Origin: the human T2T-CHM13v2.0 reference genome, Homo sapiens
Strand: one strand, 5' to 3'
Length of the DNA stretch: 64,000 bases
NCBI RefSeq assembly: GCF_009914755.1
Contig: NC_060931.1
The notes beneath the pieces were generated by a model. That model made no database searches, had not been told where the DNA came from, and saw nothing but the letters and a program-made list of their open reading frames with translations. Of the stretch, positions 1 through 18,402 are shown one piece after another. Both the position numbers and the translations under genes were made by a program. How positions within the stretch are numbered: the first letter of the stretch is position 1; each line of letters begins with the position of its first letter.

Positions 1-47
1 AGAGGCAGAAATTTAGGTAGAGCCTGACATCTACAGAGCCAAAATAG

Positions 48-419
<372 letters not shown>

Positions 420-1267
420 TAAAGAAAAATTTAAAAAAATCAGCTATCTCTCAATAAAAAGTTATAGGGGAATCTGTCAATAAGTTACAACCAATCGCTA
501 TGCTAAGGAGGAGTCCAGTGAGCTGACTGCTGATCCACCGAATGGCATGCCTCTCTCATGTACCTGGGCAGCGGCACTTGGTATGCTTGGGCCCCAGGTC
601 CAGCAAGGGCTGACCTCAGACCACCTTCTGCTGTCCTCTTCATCTGCATTTGGTGGCAGATACAGACCAGGAAGGAGTCACAGGCAAGGAAAGTCAGCTG
701 ATTCTACACGGCCTTGCAACTTTGCAGAATGTTTTAATTTTTCAAAGTTATTCCCTCTGTATCTGCTTCTGTGTGCTTTGTATCTTAGTCATTATTTACA
801 AGTCTGGCTTGGCTACCAGATAATGAGGTAAACTAAACTAATTCAGCAATCTCATTATCACCAACCAATTTGTGCCCACGTGTTAATGCATAAATATCAT
901 CCTCAATTAAAGCTTAAATAGTCAATCTTGGCTAAAATGAACAACGATGGGGCAGGGTGAGGGGAGAGCAATTTCCCTACTTTTTAAATGCAAGCACCTC
1001 CACCAGCAAAAGATTTTAAAATATACATGACATTCATTTATTCGCAAATTATATACATACACTATTTACTCATCAAATATTAACAGAGATCTATTCTTAA
1101 TTTTAGATGAGAAATAGATACGAGAAGGTTCTAATATTTTCTTTTTATACCCCAATGGATTTTTCCCACAACCCTTTAACTACACGCACACCACTTTGAA
1201 TCCCAGTGGTATCAACCATGATGAAGTTAAACAAATCCTGGATTGTAATCATGGCTTATTGACCTAA

Positions 1268-1651
<384 letters not shown>

Positions 1652-2118
1652 TGACACAAGATGATTAAAGAAAAAATCTCCCAAATGGTTAAACCATCAC
1701 ATAGATGTAAAATAATGCCATTTTTATTATTGTGATTATCTTATTGATTGAGGACGGTGGAAAAACTGGAGGAAATAGGTACACTGAAAACACTTGGAAG
1801 TAGATATAGACTGATTCTAAGTTGCAGGAGAGTTCAGAACTGCTTTTGAGTACAATGAAAATTGCTTTCCCATCAAGAACAATTTGGATGGCCATCCAGA
1901 GGAGCAGATGCCAGTGCACACAGAGAGGGCAAGTGACACTGCAAAGTGGCTGGAGACGTCCGTGCGGAATCGCAGACTTCAGGAGAACCACTGCAACTGT
2001 CAGAACTCTGACCTCAGGATGAGATGTCACAGCCAGGTAATGGGTCCCCGCTGCTCAGGCAGACACCAACCTAATGGGACACTGGCCTTGGTGGATGGGT
2101 GTAATGAGGTGACATCTT

Positions 2119-2589
2119 GGACTAGTTTCCTGAGGCAGTTGTAGCCAAGTATCACCCACCTGGTGGCTTTAAAAAAACAAAACATGACCTAAATGAATGA
2201 TCTCACAGTTCTGGAGGCCAGAAGTCTGAAATCAGTATCACTGGGGCCAAATCTAAAGCACTCCCTCTGGAGGCTCTAGGGAGCATAAATTCTTTGCCTC
2301 TTCCAGCTTGTGGTGTCTCCAGTATCCTTTGGTTTCTGGCTACACCACTCCAATCTCTGCTCCATCTTCACAAGGCCTTCTTTTCTCTGTGTGTCAAATC
2401 TCCCTGTGCCTCCCTTGCAGAGGGATACAGGATGGCAATTAGAACCCACCCTGATTATCCAGGATAATCTCCCCCCAAATCCTTAACTTAAAAAGGATTG
2501 CAAAGACCTCTTTTCCAAATAAGGTAACATTTACAAGTTCAAAGAGGGAGAGCTTGATATCTTTGGGAGGCCATTTTTCAGCCTACCAT
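2119..2589 (-). mobile_element. MLT1 (MaLR) solo LTR
   Basis: tctcacagttctggaggccagaagtctgaaatc...gcctcttccagc...ataatctccc motifs. Confidence 0.8.
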
Positions 2590-3749
2590 ACCCCTACCCA
2601 ATCTCCCTCTATCTTGAGATACTAGGATTCTATGGTTTATGCATAAGCAACAGTATTTGGTACGAATAAAGTAAAGTGTTACATAAGTGGCATAATGAGT
2701 GCAAAAGCAGTCAGAAAAGGGAGGGAGAGCCCAACTATGACCTCTTGGGGATGTCCTGAGGTCCTCACCAGGAGTGTCCCTTCCCAAGAACAACATCTGT
2801 CCCCAAACTCTATGGGGCACAGAAGAGAGAGATTCCCAGAGCCTGACAGTCTCCAGGCAACTCCCTCTAGCCTTGATCCATCCTATTCTCTATTCTACCT
2901 AATATTTTCTAATTGCTTTAGGAAAAATCCTTGTCACTGCAAAGAAAACAGCCTCTCTGTCAAAACTAGTTTGGTCAGTCAACTATAACAACACATATGA
3001 AAAGGGAGGGCAGAGGAAGGTGAAATGCCTTTGGGAATGCAGAATCATTATGGCATTCCCATCTTTCTCTCTCCCAAAACGTAAAAACTTGCACTAAAAG
3101 AAAAGTTGCACTAGGTCCTCGCTTTTACATTGCTTCCTCAGGAGCAAGGCAGAATATATGAGGTATGTCCTGAGTCAGAGAATGTGTCCAACTGCTGCAG
3201 GTCCATGAGGCTCTGCCTGGCCCAGCATTCTGTTGTTTACGGAAACCTCAGAGACTCAGCTAGGTTCTCCTTCCTGATGGCAACCTCAAATATTAAATAT
3301 ATTCCACCTGCTCTTCATAATTATTGGTGATTCATGAATCTGCTTGGGCCCTTTTAGAATTTATTTATTTCTCCCACTTCGTTCTTCTTCAAGGGATATG
3401 AAGAGTTCCCTGACTTTATTGTGGCTTTATGAATTAGGATTTAATTTTGTATCCAAAACTTCTCATTCAAGGCAAAAGGGACCACAAGGTATTAATTTCC
3501 AAATCTGACATATGATTCTGGGCGAATGCTCTGTACTTACAACATTATAGATTTTAATCTCGTCCCCCTGTTAGACTTTGCCACTTCAGTCTGAAGGGAC
3601 CAAACTTTGCAGTTTTTATAAGGTCTCCTCCCCTGTCTATAATTCAATTTCTTAAGTCCTATTGGACATTTGGTTCATGAGGCCTGCTGTGAAATAACAT
3701 AGAAGAGCTTCCAATGCAAAGGCTTAATTGAGTTCACCCAGAAAGTCAA

Positions 3750-6240
3750 AACAAAACTGGATGGAGAAGATGGCAAAGCAGAGAGCACTAGGAATCTGTT
3801 TCCCCACCTGGACAACAATCATGCTGGCAGAATTTGTCCTGTGTGACTATTTTGAAATTCCAGGCTATTGAAGGCTTGCAACTTCCAGGGAAAGGCTTGG
3901 TTGGTAAATTGCAGTTAATTTCCATCAATTTCAGCTCTTAGCACAGTAGCCGCTACCCATCCCCTACTCCCAATCCCATGGCAGGGAGATGTGCACATGT
4001 TCCTGGAGCAGCTTGCATGCAGCCAGCAGGAATCAGGTTGGGCAAAAAAGCACCCTGTCCTCCAAATATAGGGGTTCCGTGCTCTGACCAGAGAGGTGCA
4101 GACAAAGAGGCAGGGGCCACTGTTGCTACACCTCTGCCCATTGTATAAGCTCCACCCCACCCCCAACCCTGCCTTGCAGCTGAAATGATTTCCAGAGGAT
4201 TTAGAGGCAGCACTATTTTCCCCCGTTTCATTTTTCTCTTTCCATCTTTTGGAAGTCAGACATCAAAGACTAAGATATTTAAAAGCAATCACACATACAG
4301 GAGAAATAAGAAAAAAAAATCATGCATATCCATGAAAAGGTGCAGGCTCAGAAAAGACCTGAGAAGACCTTACATTTACACCTCAAACTGATCGTTGGCC
4401 CAAAGACAGCCTATGACAATTAAAAAACAAACAAAAACAACAACAAATGCTGGAGAATGGGGAGAATTCAATTTCCAGAGGTACTCCATTATTAGCTTCA
4501 AATGTTTAGTTTTCTAACAAAACGTCACAAGACATACAAAGAAACAGGAAAGTATGGTCCATTCAAAGGAAAAAATAATAAATCAACAAAAACTGTCTTT
4601 CAAAAAGACCTACTGGTGGAATTAATAGACAAATACTTTAAAACAACCGTCTTAAACATGCTCAAAGAAGGAAGACATAGAGAAAGTCAAGAAAACAATG
4701 TTATAAAGAAGATGGGTGATTTGAGCAGGCAGAAGGAAAAAAAGATCAGTGAACTTGAAGCTAGCTTAAAGGAAATTATCACTTCTTCAGAGCAGAAGGA
4801 AAAAAAGACTGAAGAAAAGCAAACAGAACATAAAGTATGTGTGAGACATCATCAAGTGGACCAACATATACATTATGGAAACCTGAGAAAGAGAAAAGGG
4901 TAGGGGAATATCTGAAGATATAGTGGCTGGAAACTCCCCCAATCTGATGAAAGATATTAATATCAACATCCAAGAAGCTCAATGAACTTCATCTAAGATG
5001 AACTCAAAGAGACCCACATCAAGACATACTATAGTCAAACTTTCAAAAGACAAAGAGAAAATCTTGAAAGTGGTGAGAGAGAAGCATATTTCCACACAAA
5101 TTCCCCAACATGAGTATGAGCAGATTTCTCACCAAAAACTTTAGAGGCCAGAAGGCAGTGGGCTGATATAGCCAATGTGCTATAAGAAAAAAAGCCTGTC
5201 AACCAAGAATCCAATATCCAGCAAAACTGTCCTTCAAAAGTGAGGGAGAAATTAAGACATTCCTAAACAAAAGCTGAGGCAGTTTGTTATCACTAGACTT
5301 GCCCTGCAACAGATACTAAAGGGAGTCCTTCAGGGTGAAATTTAAGGACACTAGACAGTAACTTGAAGCGATATGAAGAAATAAAGATCACAAAAAAATG
5401 GTGCAATTATGTGGGCAATTATAAAATCTAGTATTATTGTAACATTGGTTTGTAACTCTACATTTTGTTTTCTACACAATTTAAGAGGTTAATAATTTTT
5501 TAAAAGAAATTATCAATTTATAGTTTTGCCCATATAATGTATAAAGAGGTAATTTTGTGACATCAACATGTAAAAGTGGGGATGAAGTTATAAAGCAGCA
5601 TTTTTTATATGCTATTGGAGTTAAGCTGGTATAAATCCAAATTAGAATGTATAACTTTAGTATGTTAAATATAATCCCCATGGTAACTACAAAGAAAATA
5701 GACATAAAATATATACAAAAGAGAAATGAGAAAATAATTTAAATATTTCACTACAAAAAGATCACTACACACAAAAGAAGACAGCAATTCAGGAAATGAT
5801 GGACAAAAAGCTTTAAGACACATGGGAAACAAATAGGTGAATGACAGAAGTAATTACCTACTTATCAGTCAATCTAAAAAAGGAAGGAAATTCTGACATG
5901 TGCTACAATATGGGAGAAACTTGAGGATTTTATGATAAGTGAAATAAGCCACTCATAAAAAGACAAATATTGCATGATTCCATTTATATGAGATACTTAC
6001 AGAGTAGTCAAATGCATAGAGACAGAAAGTGTCTATGGTTGACAGGAACTGGGGGGAAGGGAGAATGGGGTTATTGCTTAATGAGTACAGTTTCAATTTT
6101 CCAAGAAGAAAAACGTTATGAAGATGGACAGTAGTGATGCTTATTAAACAATATTTACTTGCTTATTTCCACTGAACTATATACTTCGAAATGGTTACAA
6201 TGGTAAAATTTATATTATGTTTATTTTACACAATAAACAA
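3750..6240 (+). mobile_element. Old L1M element: 5'UTR, decayed ORF1, then joined to an L1 3' end
   Basis: ORF1 remnants (caagaagctcaatgaac, agaatccaatatccagcaaaactgtccttcaaaagtgagggagaaat) and 3' end (gacaaatattgcatgattccattt). Confidence 0.8.
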
Positions 6241-6514
6241 ATGGAAAACAAAAACAGTTGTAGTGCCTCCAGTAAGATCTGCTTTCCTTTTGCTTTTCTG
6301 TGGCTTCAAAAACCTACAATTTCAGACTACAAGTGTGGTGATTAAACACCAGCCTGGAGAAAAAGGGGAGGGGAATAATAAAAGTGTTTATCTGTGTGGA
6401 ATTAGGGCTGCATTTAGTCCTTTCTTTCTTTCTTTCTCTCTGTCTTTTTCCTTCCTGTCTTCCTTCTCCCCTCCCCTCCCCTCCCTTCTCCTCTCCTCTC
6501 CTCTCCTTTCCTTC

Positions 6515-6803
6515 CTTTTCGGGACAGGATCTCATTCTGTCACCCAGGCTGGAGTGCAGCAGCACAAACATGGCTCACTGCAGTTTCAACTTTCTGGACT
6601 CAAGTGATCCTGTCACCTCAACCTCCTGAGTAGCTGGGACTACCTGTGTATGCCACCATGACTGGCTAATTTTTTAATTGTTTTCTAGAAATGAGGTCTT
6701 ACCATGTTGTCCAGGTCAGTCTTGAATTCCCCAGCTCAAGCAATCCTCCTGCCTTGGCCTCACAGAGTGTTGGGATTGCAGGGAAAAGCCACCATGCCTG
6801 GCC
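6515..6803 (-). mobile_element. AluJ with CT-rich expanded tail (6418-6520)
   Basis: Alu consensus, reverse. Confidence 0.9.
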
Positions 6804-7224
6804 TGGTCCCTCTTTCAATAAATATTTGATCAGCACCTATTAGGTGCAAGGAGTCGGATAAGAACTGGGGAGAATCAAGTGTCAGGTCTCTGCCCTGAAG
6901 AAACTAACCATCGTATAGCAGGTTAAAACATGAACAAAACTACTGTATTAGTCTTTCTAGATCAGACAGTCAAAACCAGCCTTCGGTTGATTAATTGAGA
7001 AAGCGAACCAGTGAGGAGATATAAAAGATCATGTTTTGGGTTCAGAGAAGAAAAATATCATATTGGACCCATGAACGAAAATGTTTCCAGAGAGAAGACA
7101 CAGTCTGATATAGGTCTCAGAGGAAACACAGTGCCCTAGTCATAGCGGCAGGACCTCTCAGGGCCACCTCAATGACTCTTTGTGACCAGTTCCCCTCTGC
7201 CATTAACAGATGAGCAAATATACC

Positions 7225-7724
<500 letters not shown>

Positions 7725-7809
7725 TAAGATCTATAAATAAACAGAAGTCAAAAACTTATTAATTAAATGGTATGAAAACAAAGAATGGAAGCATTACTTC
7801 TAGCCACAT

Positions 7810-8172
7810 TGGAGACCCAGGAGAGCTGATGGTGTCATTCCAGTCCAAAAGTCTCAGGAGGGCTGAGGCCCAAGAAAAGCCAAGATTTCAGCTTGAGTCC
7901 AAAGTCAAGAAAAGACTGAGGTCCCAGCTGAAGCAGTCAGGCAGGAGGAGCTCTCTCTAAGTCAGGGGACGGTCAGCCCTTTGTTCAGTTCAGAACTTCA
8001 ACTGGTAAGATGAGGCCCACCCACTAGTGGGAAGATAATCTGCTTTACACAGTCTACCTATTTAACTGTTAATCTCATCCTAAAGCACCCTCACAGCAAC
8101 ATCTAGAATAATGTTTGACCAAATATCTGGGAACCCGGTGGCCCAGTCAAGTTGACACATAAGATTAACCAC
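7810..8172 (-). mobile_element. MLT2 (ERVL) LTR
   Basis: atgaggcccaccca...ggcccagtcaagttgacacataagattaacca. Confidence 0.8.
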
Positions 8173-8972
8173 CTCAAGCAGGAATAAAGACAATCAGGCT
8201 GAAAGTTAAAATGCATAGGCTGGAACATCTCACCTTTTAGTTCAGCTGAAACAAAGTCTCTATCTTTAGAGAATTTTGGAACTTACCTAGTTTACTGTAG
8301 TTTTCTGTCTACCGGTTGAACCTGTGCCTTACTCTACAGCCTACCCTGAAGGGTGACGGCCACAGAGAAAGTGCTCAGTAAACACTTTGTGGGAAATTAA
8401 TGCTCCTCTTCCAGCCTGTGTTGACCAGCTTTGTCCCTGTCTTGGCCTGGGTGACAATGCTCAAGCCCAACCCTGGCCCTGCTCAGCTCCATCCCTGCAC
8501 CAGCGTATTCAGATTCCCTGTGACACTGGTGGCTTCTCACTGTCAAGTTTGCTCCTTTTGTCTGATAGCTGCATCTGGCCCCCTGCCCTATCTTCAAAGC
8601 CCTCAGGCCATGGGAGGTTAGGTTTCAACAAATAGAGACATCTGGGTGTCAGGGGAAGCTAAACAGCAGAGAGAACAAATGTGCTGGGGAGGAAGGGTAA
8701 AAGTTCTCAAGGATCTGAGAGTGGATGTCTCTCTGGGGCACAGGGCATAGGCACTCATGGGCATGGGGGAGAGGGGGTGTCAGGAGGAGAGGAAGGATAA
8801 AGCCCAGGACAGATGAGGCCAATTCATTTATTCCATAAATACTTCTTGAGCACCTATGAAATGCCAAGCTCTGTCCTAGGCTAATAGAGAAGCAAGCTCA
8901 GTGAAAATCTTCAGGGGTGCAAAGCTCACAGTGGCCAAGGACCTCATTTCAAAATGTGAAACTGCAACAGCC

Positions 8973-9122
8973 AAAAAGAGCTAATGCATGCTGGACTTAA
9001 TACCTAGATCATGGGTTGATAGGTACAGCAAACCACCATGGCACACGTTCACCTAGGTAACAAACCTGCACATCCTGCACATGTACCCCGGAACTTAAAA
9101 AATTAAAAATTAAAAAAAAAAA
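8973..9122 (+). mobile_element. L1PA 3' end
   Basis: gctaatgcatgctggacttaatacctag...cacatgtaccccggaacttaaaa. Confidence 0.85.
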
Positions 9123-9125
9123 GCA

Positions 9126-9543
<418 letters not shown>

Positions 9544-9844
9544 CTATCCTTTGGAAAATTCTTTTGCAAATCTAAAACCAATTCCAGGTTGGGTGAAGGG
9601 AACTTTGAGAAGGTTACTGGATTGGGCCAGGATACTAGACCAGCAAGGAACAGAAACAAGTTGAAAACACATCGTTCTAAGTGTCTCCAGTATCCTTTCT
9701 CTCTCTTTTATTTATTTGTTTTGTTTTTTATTTTTTATTTTTTTTGAGACAGAGTCTTGCTCTGTCACCCTGGCTGGAGTGCAGTGGTACCTCTTTCTCT
9801 GCCTCTTGCTACAGCAAAACCAAGAATCAAAACCAAGGGAGAAG

Positions 9845-10377
<533 letters not shown>

Positions 10378-11453
10378 CTTTTCTCTCTTTTTTATTCTCT
10401 TCCTTTTCCCAACCCCTGTCTCTCTTCAAAGGAGTCTTGTTTTCCCTGGACAAAATCTATAGGAATGTGTGTATATGTGTTTGCAAACCAGGATCTCACA
10501 CAGATAGGTGTGTGTCCAAGGGGACAAATGACACTGGTGAAATAAGACCACACCCATTGTGCTTGCATTTGATCATCGTGCTCCCAGGGACAAGAGAGGC
10601 AGTCAGCAAACCAAAGCCATCACTTTGCAGACTATTTTCCAGCAAGATGCTTTCCTTCCTTTCTATGCCAGGTACCTGATAATTGTCACTTACAGACTGT
10701 TGGAAACATCGAGGCTCCTCCTGCCCCCTGAAATTCTCCTCACCTGTCAAACGCTGAGAGAGGAGCACAAGGCTTCTAGACAGTTTCCAAAATGAAGTTG
10801 TGCTAGGCCCACAGGTCTATGTCTGGAAGGTACAGTTGCCATAGCAATCCCGGCTAATGACTAGGTATGTAAATGAGGGAAGAATCTATTCATCATTTGC
10901 CAGTTGTTCCAAGTGCTTGCCCTTTTGGAAGCTTAGGGGAGCGAGGAGTGGTGTGTTAGAAAAGCATATGTTTGGTAAAATTTTTGAATAAATGTTTGCT
11001 TTCAGAGCTCCCCATGAGAAATGATTATTTTGGGTGGTATCCTCATAGAGTGGTTTACTCTGCAGCTACCCCGAGAAGGGAATGAGGATTAACCAAAAAC
11101 ACATACGACGATCCCACCTGTACTCTGGGTCCCTCTGGGAAAACTGCAGCCATCACTTTTATCACAAGCAGTGGGTTTTTGGTCCTCTTGGGTAGTTGGG
11201 AGTCTTAAGTAAGGCCTCAGAGACTCGCAAGCTGTCCCTGGCAGCAGATGAGCAGTATCTGACTTCTCCTCCCCTGATTCCTAATTAAAATGCCCATGAA
11301 AATCCATAAACAGACAAAAACTGGCAACAGTAACTGATACTGGAGACAACCAAACACTGAAGCCCAGATTCCCAGATTGTCGAGCAACTCTACTGCCCAG
11401 GAGAGGAACCGAGAAGGGCCCCTCCGCCTTCTGAGTAAGAACACTGTCAGGGA

Positions 11454-11763
11454 GGGTCGGGCGCAGTGGCTTGTGCCTGTAATCTCTGCACTTTGGGAGG
11501 TCACCAAGGCGGGCAGACCACCTGAGGTCAGGAGATGAAGACCAGCCTGGCCAACATGGTGAAACCCCACCTCTACTAAAAATACAAAAATTAGTTGGGC
11601 GTGGTGGCAGGCACCTGTAATCCCAGCTACTTGGGAGGCTGAGGCAGGAGAATCGCCTGAACCTGGGAGATGGAGGTTGCCGTGATCACGCCATTGAACT
11701 ACAGCCTGGGTGATAGAGTGAGATTCCGTCTCAAAAAACAAAACAAACAAACAAACAAAAAAC
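11454..11763 (+). mobile_element. AluS
   Basis: Alu consensus. Confidence 0.9.
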
Positions 11764-12288
11764 AGCCAGGGAGACAAAGATGAGAAAGGAAGCTGCCCGT
11801 CTGTACTGGAAGTCAGTCCTGTTGAGCACTTGCTTTACTCGGCTGCTGCAGTTTCGCATTTTGAAATGAGGTCCTTACGAAATGCCAGGCTCTATTCTAG
11901 GCTAATAGAGAACCAAGCTCAGTGAATTCTTCAAGGATGCAAAGCTCACAATGGCTGAGGACCTTCAAGGATGCAAAGCCGAGTAAAGCAAAGACATCAT
12001 TGTTCAGATCATACTGGGAGACCTCGGGCAATCGACTTAATTTCTCTGTGCTTCCGTGTTCTCATCTGGAAATGAGAACAATAAAAGAACCTACTTCCTA
12101 GGGTTACTGTGTGGATAACATCGAGTTAAGATATGTAAGAGGAGTCTATTCCCACTAGAATATAAACTCCATATAAAACCAAGGTGTTAATTTGACCAGG
12201 TCTTCCTGACCTGCTTGCTTTTGGCCACTTGCTTTTTATTATTTTTGTTACTTTTCCTTTTGCCACGTAGCTCACGGCCACACAGCTA

Positions 12289-12368
12289 TTAAGTTGGTAC
12301 GAGAGTAATTGGTGTTTGCCATTTTGAAAGTAATGGCAAAAACCGCAATTACTCTCGCACCAACCTAA
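12289..12368. mobile_element. MADE1 (Hsmar1-derived MITE)
   Basis: 80-bp palindromic element ttaagttggt...accaacctaa with TA target duplication. Confidence 0.9.
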
Positions 12369-12379
12369 TAAATGCTGAA

Positions 12380-13238
<859 letters not shown>

Positions 13239-14211
13239 ACACAGAGGGAGGGATTTTGTTTGTTTCATTTGTGGATCTATGCCAAGTGCCTGGGATGGCA
13301 CATAGAGGGTGTTCAACTAATGTCTGTGGAATGAACAAGCTGGTTGTTAATTGTGAATGTGGGGTGTAGAGGGTAGAAGCAGGATAAGACAGTCCCTAGT
13401 GTACTGTGCCCTGGGGTATTTGACAGAAAAGGAAAGCTGTCAGCACAAGAATGAGGAAGTGCCTGCTGAACAAGGTGTGCTAGGAGGGGTGGGTTTCCAC
13501 ACAGACTCCAGGCAGGAAGGCACCACGCACCCTGTATGCTCTGATAGGTCAGAGAACTGGGCAGAGGTACCTGGAATGGGAAAGACGCCTGCTAAGATCA
13601 GCAAACCACTCTTTTACTAGCCCAGGGGAAGCTGATGGCTGTTCTCAACAGGTTTGAGATCGTGTTAGTGTGCGTATTACAGAGAAAGGATACTGGAGAC
13701 ACTTAGGTGCATTTTCAGCTTGTCCCTGTTTGTTGCTGGTCTAGTATCCGGGCCCAATCCAGTGACCTTCTTAAAGCTCCCTTCGCCTAATCTGGAATTG
13801 GTTTCAGATTTGCAAATGAGAACTTTCCGAGGGATAGCTGAGGACAATGCACCCACGCTCACTTTTCGCAATTGATCATGTCAGGCCTGGACATTTGTTC
13901 CTCATTTAAGGACTGATGTACAGCAGTGAGAGCATTCTATCTGCAGGGTGTGTGAAGGATTTTGCTATGGAAAAAACCATCTTCAGAAACAGCATACTCT
14001 TGACACAAACTGTACCACAGAAACCAAAAGAAACATAGTAGAAAGGGTCTAGGTTATGTTAGCAGAAACTTCTAGAAAACATGAACTGTGAAAGACAAGC
14101 CAAAAGAAACTAGGGGAAATTCAATTACGGTTAGAATTGCAGGAAGTCACAAGACCCTATCTCCCTCACCCCAACAATGAGAACAGTTGGCATAAGATGC
14201 AAAATCATAGG

Positions 14212-14512
14212 GTGTGTGTGTGTGTGTGTTTGTTTTTGGTGTGTGTGTTTTTTTTCTTTGAGACAGAATCTTGCTCTGTTGCCCAAATGCAATCATAGCT
14301 CACTACAGCCTCCAACTCCTGGGATCAAGCAATCCTCCCTCCTCAACCTCCTGAGTAGCTGGGACTACAGGTGTGCACCACCATGCCGAGCTAGTTTTTA
14401 TCTTTTTGTAGAGACGAGGTCTCACCAGGTTGCCCAGGCTGGTTTCAAATTCCTAGGCTCACGTGATCCTCCTGTCTCAGCCTCCTAAAGTGCTGGGATT
14501 ACAGGTATGAGC
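14212..14512 (-). mobile_element. AluJ with (TG)n tail
   Basis: Alu consensus, reverse. Confidence 0.85.
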
Positions 14513-14717
14513 CCTGCTAAGAAACCTACTGAGAACAGCCATTAGCTCCTCCCTGGACTAGCCAGAACTCATCCAGATGGCTTCTTAATTGGAGCGGGCA
14601 TCTCTCCTACCCCAGATACCTCTGCTGAGCCTGATTTATCTTTCTAATCCATCAAAGAGCTAAGAAATAAAGAAATCTAAAAAAGATAAATTCTGCAAAG
14701 TGATGAGTCCTTCCTAG

Positions 14718-15187
<470 letters not shown>

Positions 15188-15724
15188 TAACTGGGTGCAG
15201 GCAGTTAGTACGGTGAAGGTTGGATAGGGCAGGAGAGCTGAGGGAAATCCCTCTGAGACCCTCCCTCCATGGCTGAGGTCCCTCCTGCACCTGCTCTTTG
15301 AGGACTAGAAACAGAATGGAAGGAGACCTCCTGAAAACCCAGAAAACCATGGTGGAACTGGACAGAAAAAGACAGTGAGCAAAATGTCAGCATGGTTCAG
15401 AAAGCTTGGCAGCTCCACTATAAAGCATAAAGACATCTGCAGAGTTTTCTCATTGCTCGCATCACAAGCTCTGCAAAACAGAAAGTCCTGATGTTACCCT
15501 CGAAATCTTTGAAGTTGCTGTGAACCAACTTCAACTAAAGCTGTAACAGAACTCCTATCCAACTCAACTACGGATTACATTGCGTGAAAGCCTGACTCCA
15601 GTGCCTGGCAGGAGGGTTCTGCCATTCTTTGGTGCGTAGATTTTATTTATTTTAGACTTGCAGGGTTTTCTTACATGCAGTATCTGGCATTCAATCAGGA
15701 ATTATGAGAAGATGCAAGAAAGCA

Positions 15725-16098
<374 letters not shown>

Positions 16099-16199
16099 TT
16101 AAAATAAGTATGATAAATGTGCCAAAGATCTCATGGTGAAATACAAAATGTGAACAAATTGGGGGTTTGAGCAGAGATATGGAAATTATTTAAAAAGAA

Positions 16200-17087
<888 letters not shown>

Positions 17088-17190
17088 TCAACTTCTACCA
17101 CACTCCACATATGAAAACTAATTTCTAATGGCTCACAGACCTAAAAGTAAAAGCTAAAACCATAAATCTTCCAGCAGAAAATGTAGTAAA

Positions 17191-17451
<261 letters not shown>

Positions 17452-17571
17452 TAACATTGATGCAGGCAGAGATTTTTTTCAACAGGAACCAAAGAGTACT
17501 GAACATGAAAGAAAAAAGTGATAAACTGGATTTAATCAAAGTTTCAAATGTCTGCTCATCAAAAGATACTA

Positions 17572-18402
17572 CAGTAGTTCCCCCTCACCTGTGGATTCAC
17601 TTTCTGCGGCTTCAGTTACCCCTTGGTTAACTGGTCAACTGCGGTTGGAAAATATTAAATGGAAAATTCCAGATATAAACAATTCATAAGTCTTCAACTG
17701 CACACTGTTCTGAGTAGCGTGATAAAATCTCATGCCATCCCACTCCAACTTGCCAGAGACGTGAATCACTCCTTTGTCCAGCATATCCAAGCTGTCTATA
17801 CTACCTGCCCGTTAGTCACTGCTGCCATCTACTTTTGACATTGTCATGGCTCCATGATGACCAGGATCACCGAAGCACATGATCCTCTTTCTGACTTACG
17901 GTCAGAAGGTCAATAGCAGCCAAACGCTATGTCATTATGCCCACGCCATTCACCTCCATCTCATCACAAAGGCACTTTATCATCTGACATTATCACAAGA
18001 AGAACATGGCAGCTCAAGCCTGTGATCCCAGCATTTTGGGAGGCTGAGGTGCAAGGATTGCTTGAGACCAGGAGTTTCAGACCAGCCTGGGCAACACTGC
18101 AAGACCCCATCTCTACAAATTTTTTAAAAATATTTTAAAAAGGGGAGTACAGTATAATAAGATATGTTGACAGAAAGGGAAATCACATTCACATCCTTTT
18201 TTTACAGTATATTGTTAAGATTGTTCTATTTTATCATTAGTTATTGTAATCTCTTACTGCACCTGATCTATAAATTTAACTTTATTATAACTATTTATGT
18301 ATAGGAAAAAGCATAGTATATACAGGGTTTGGTATTATGCACAGTTTAAGGCATCTAATGAAGCTCATAGGGCATATGCCCCTTGGATAAGGAGGGGTTA
18401 TT
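17572..18402 (+). mobile_element. MER44 (Tigger7-family DNA transposon), interrupted by an Alu monomer at about 18006-18130
   Basis: Starts cagtagttccccctcacctgtgg...aaaatattaaatggaaaattccag; ends ...ggataaggaggggttat. Confidence 0.8.

Noticed and set aside
4502-4903. 133-aa lysine-rich ORF
   Set aside because: Decayed L1 ORF1 region with frameshifts.
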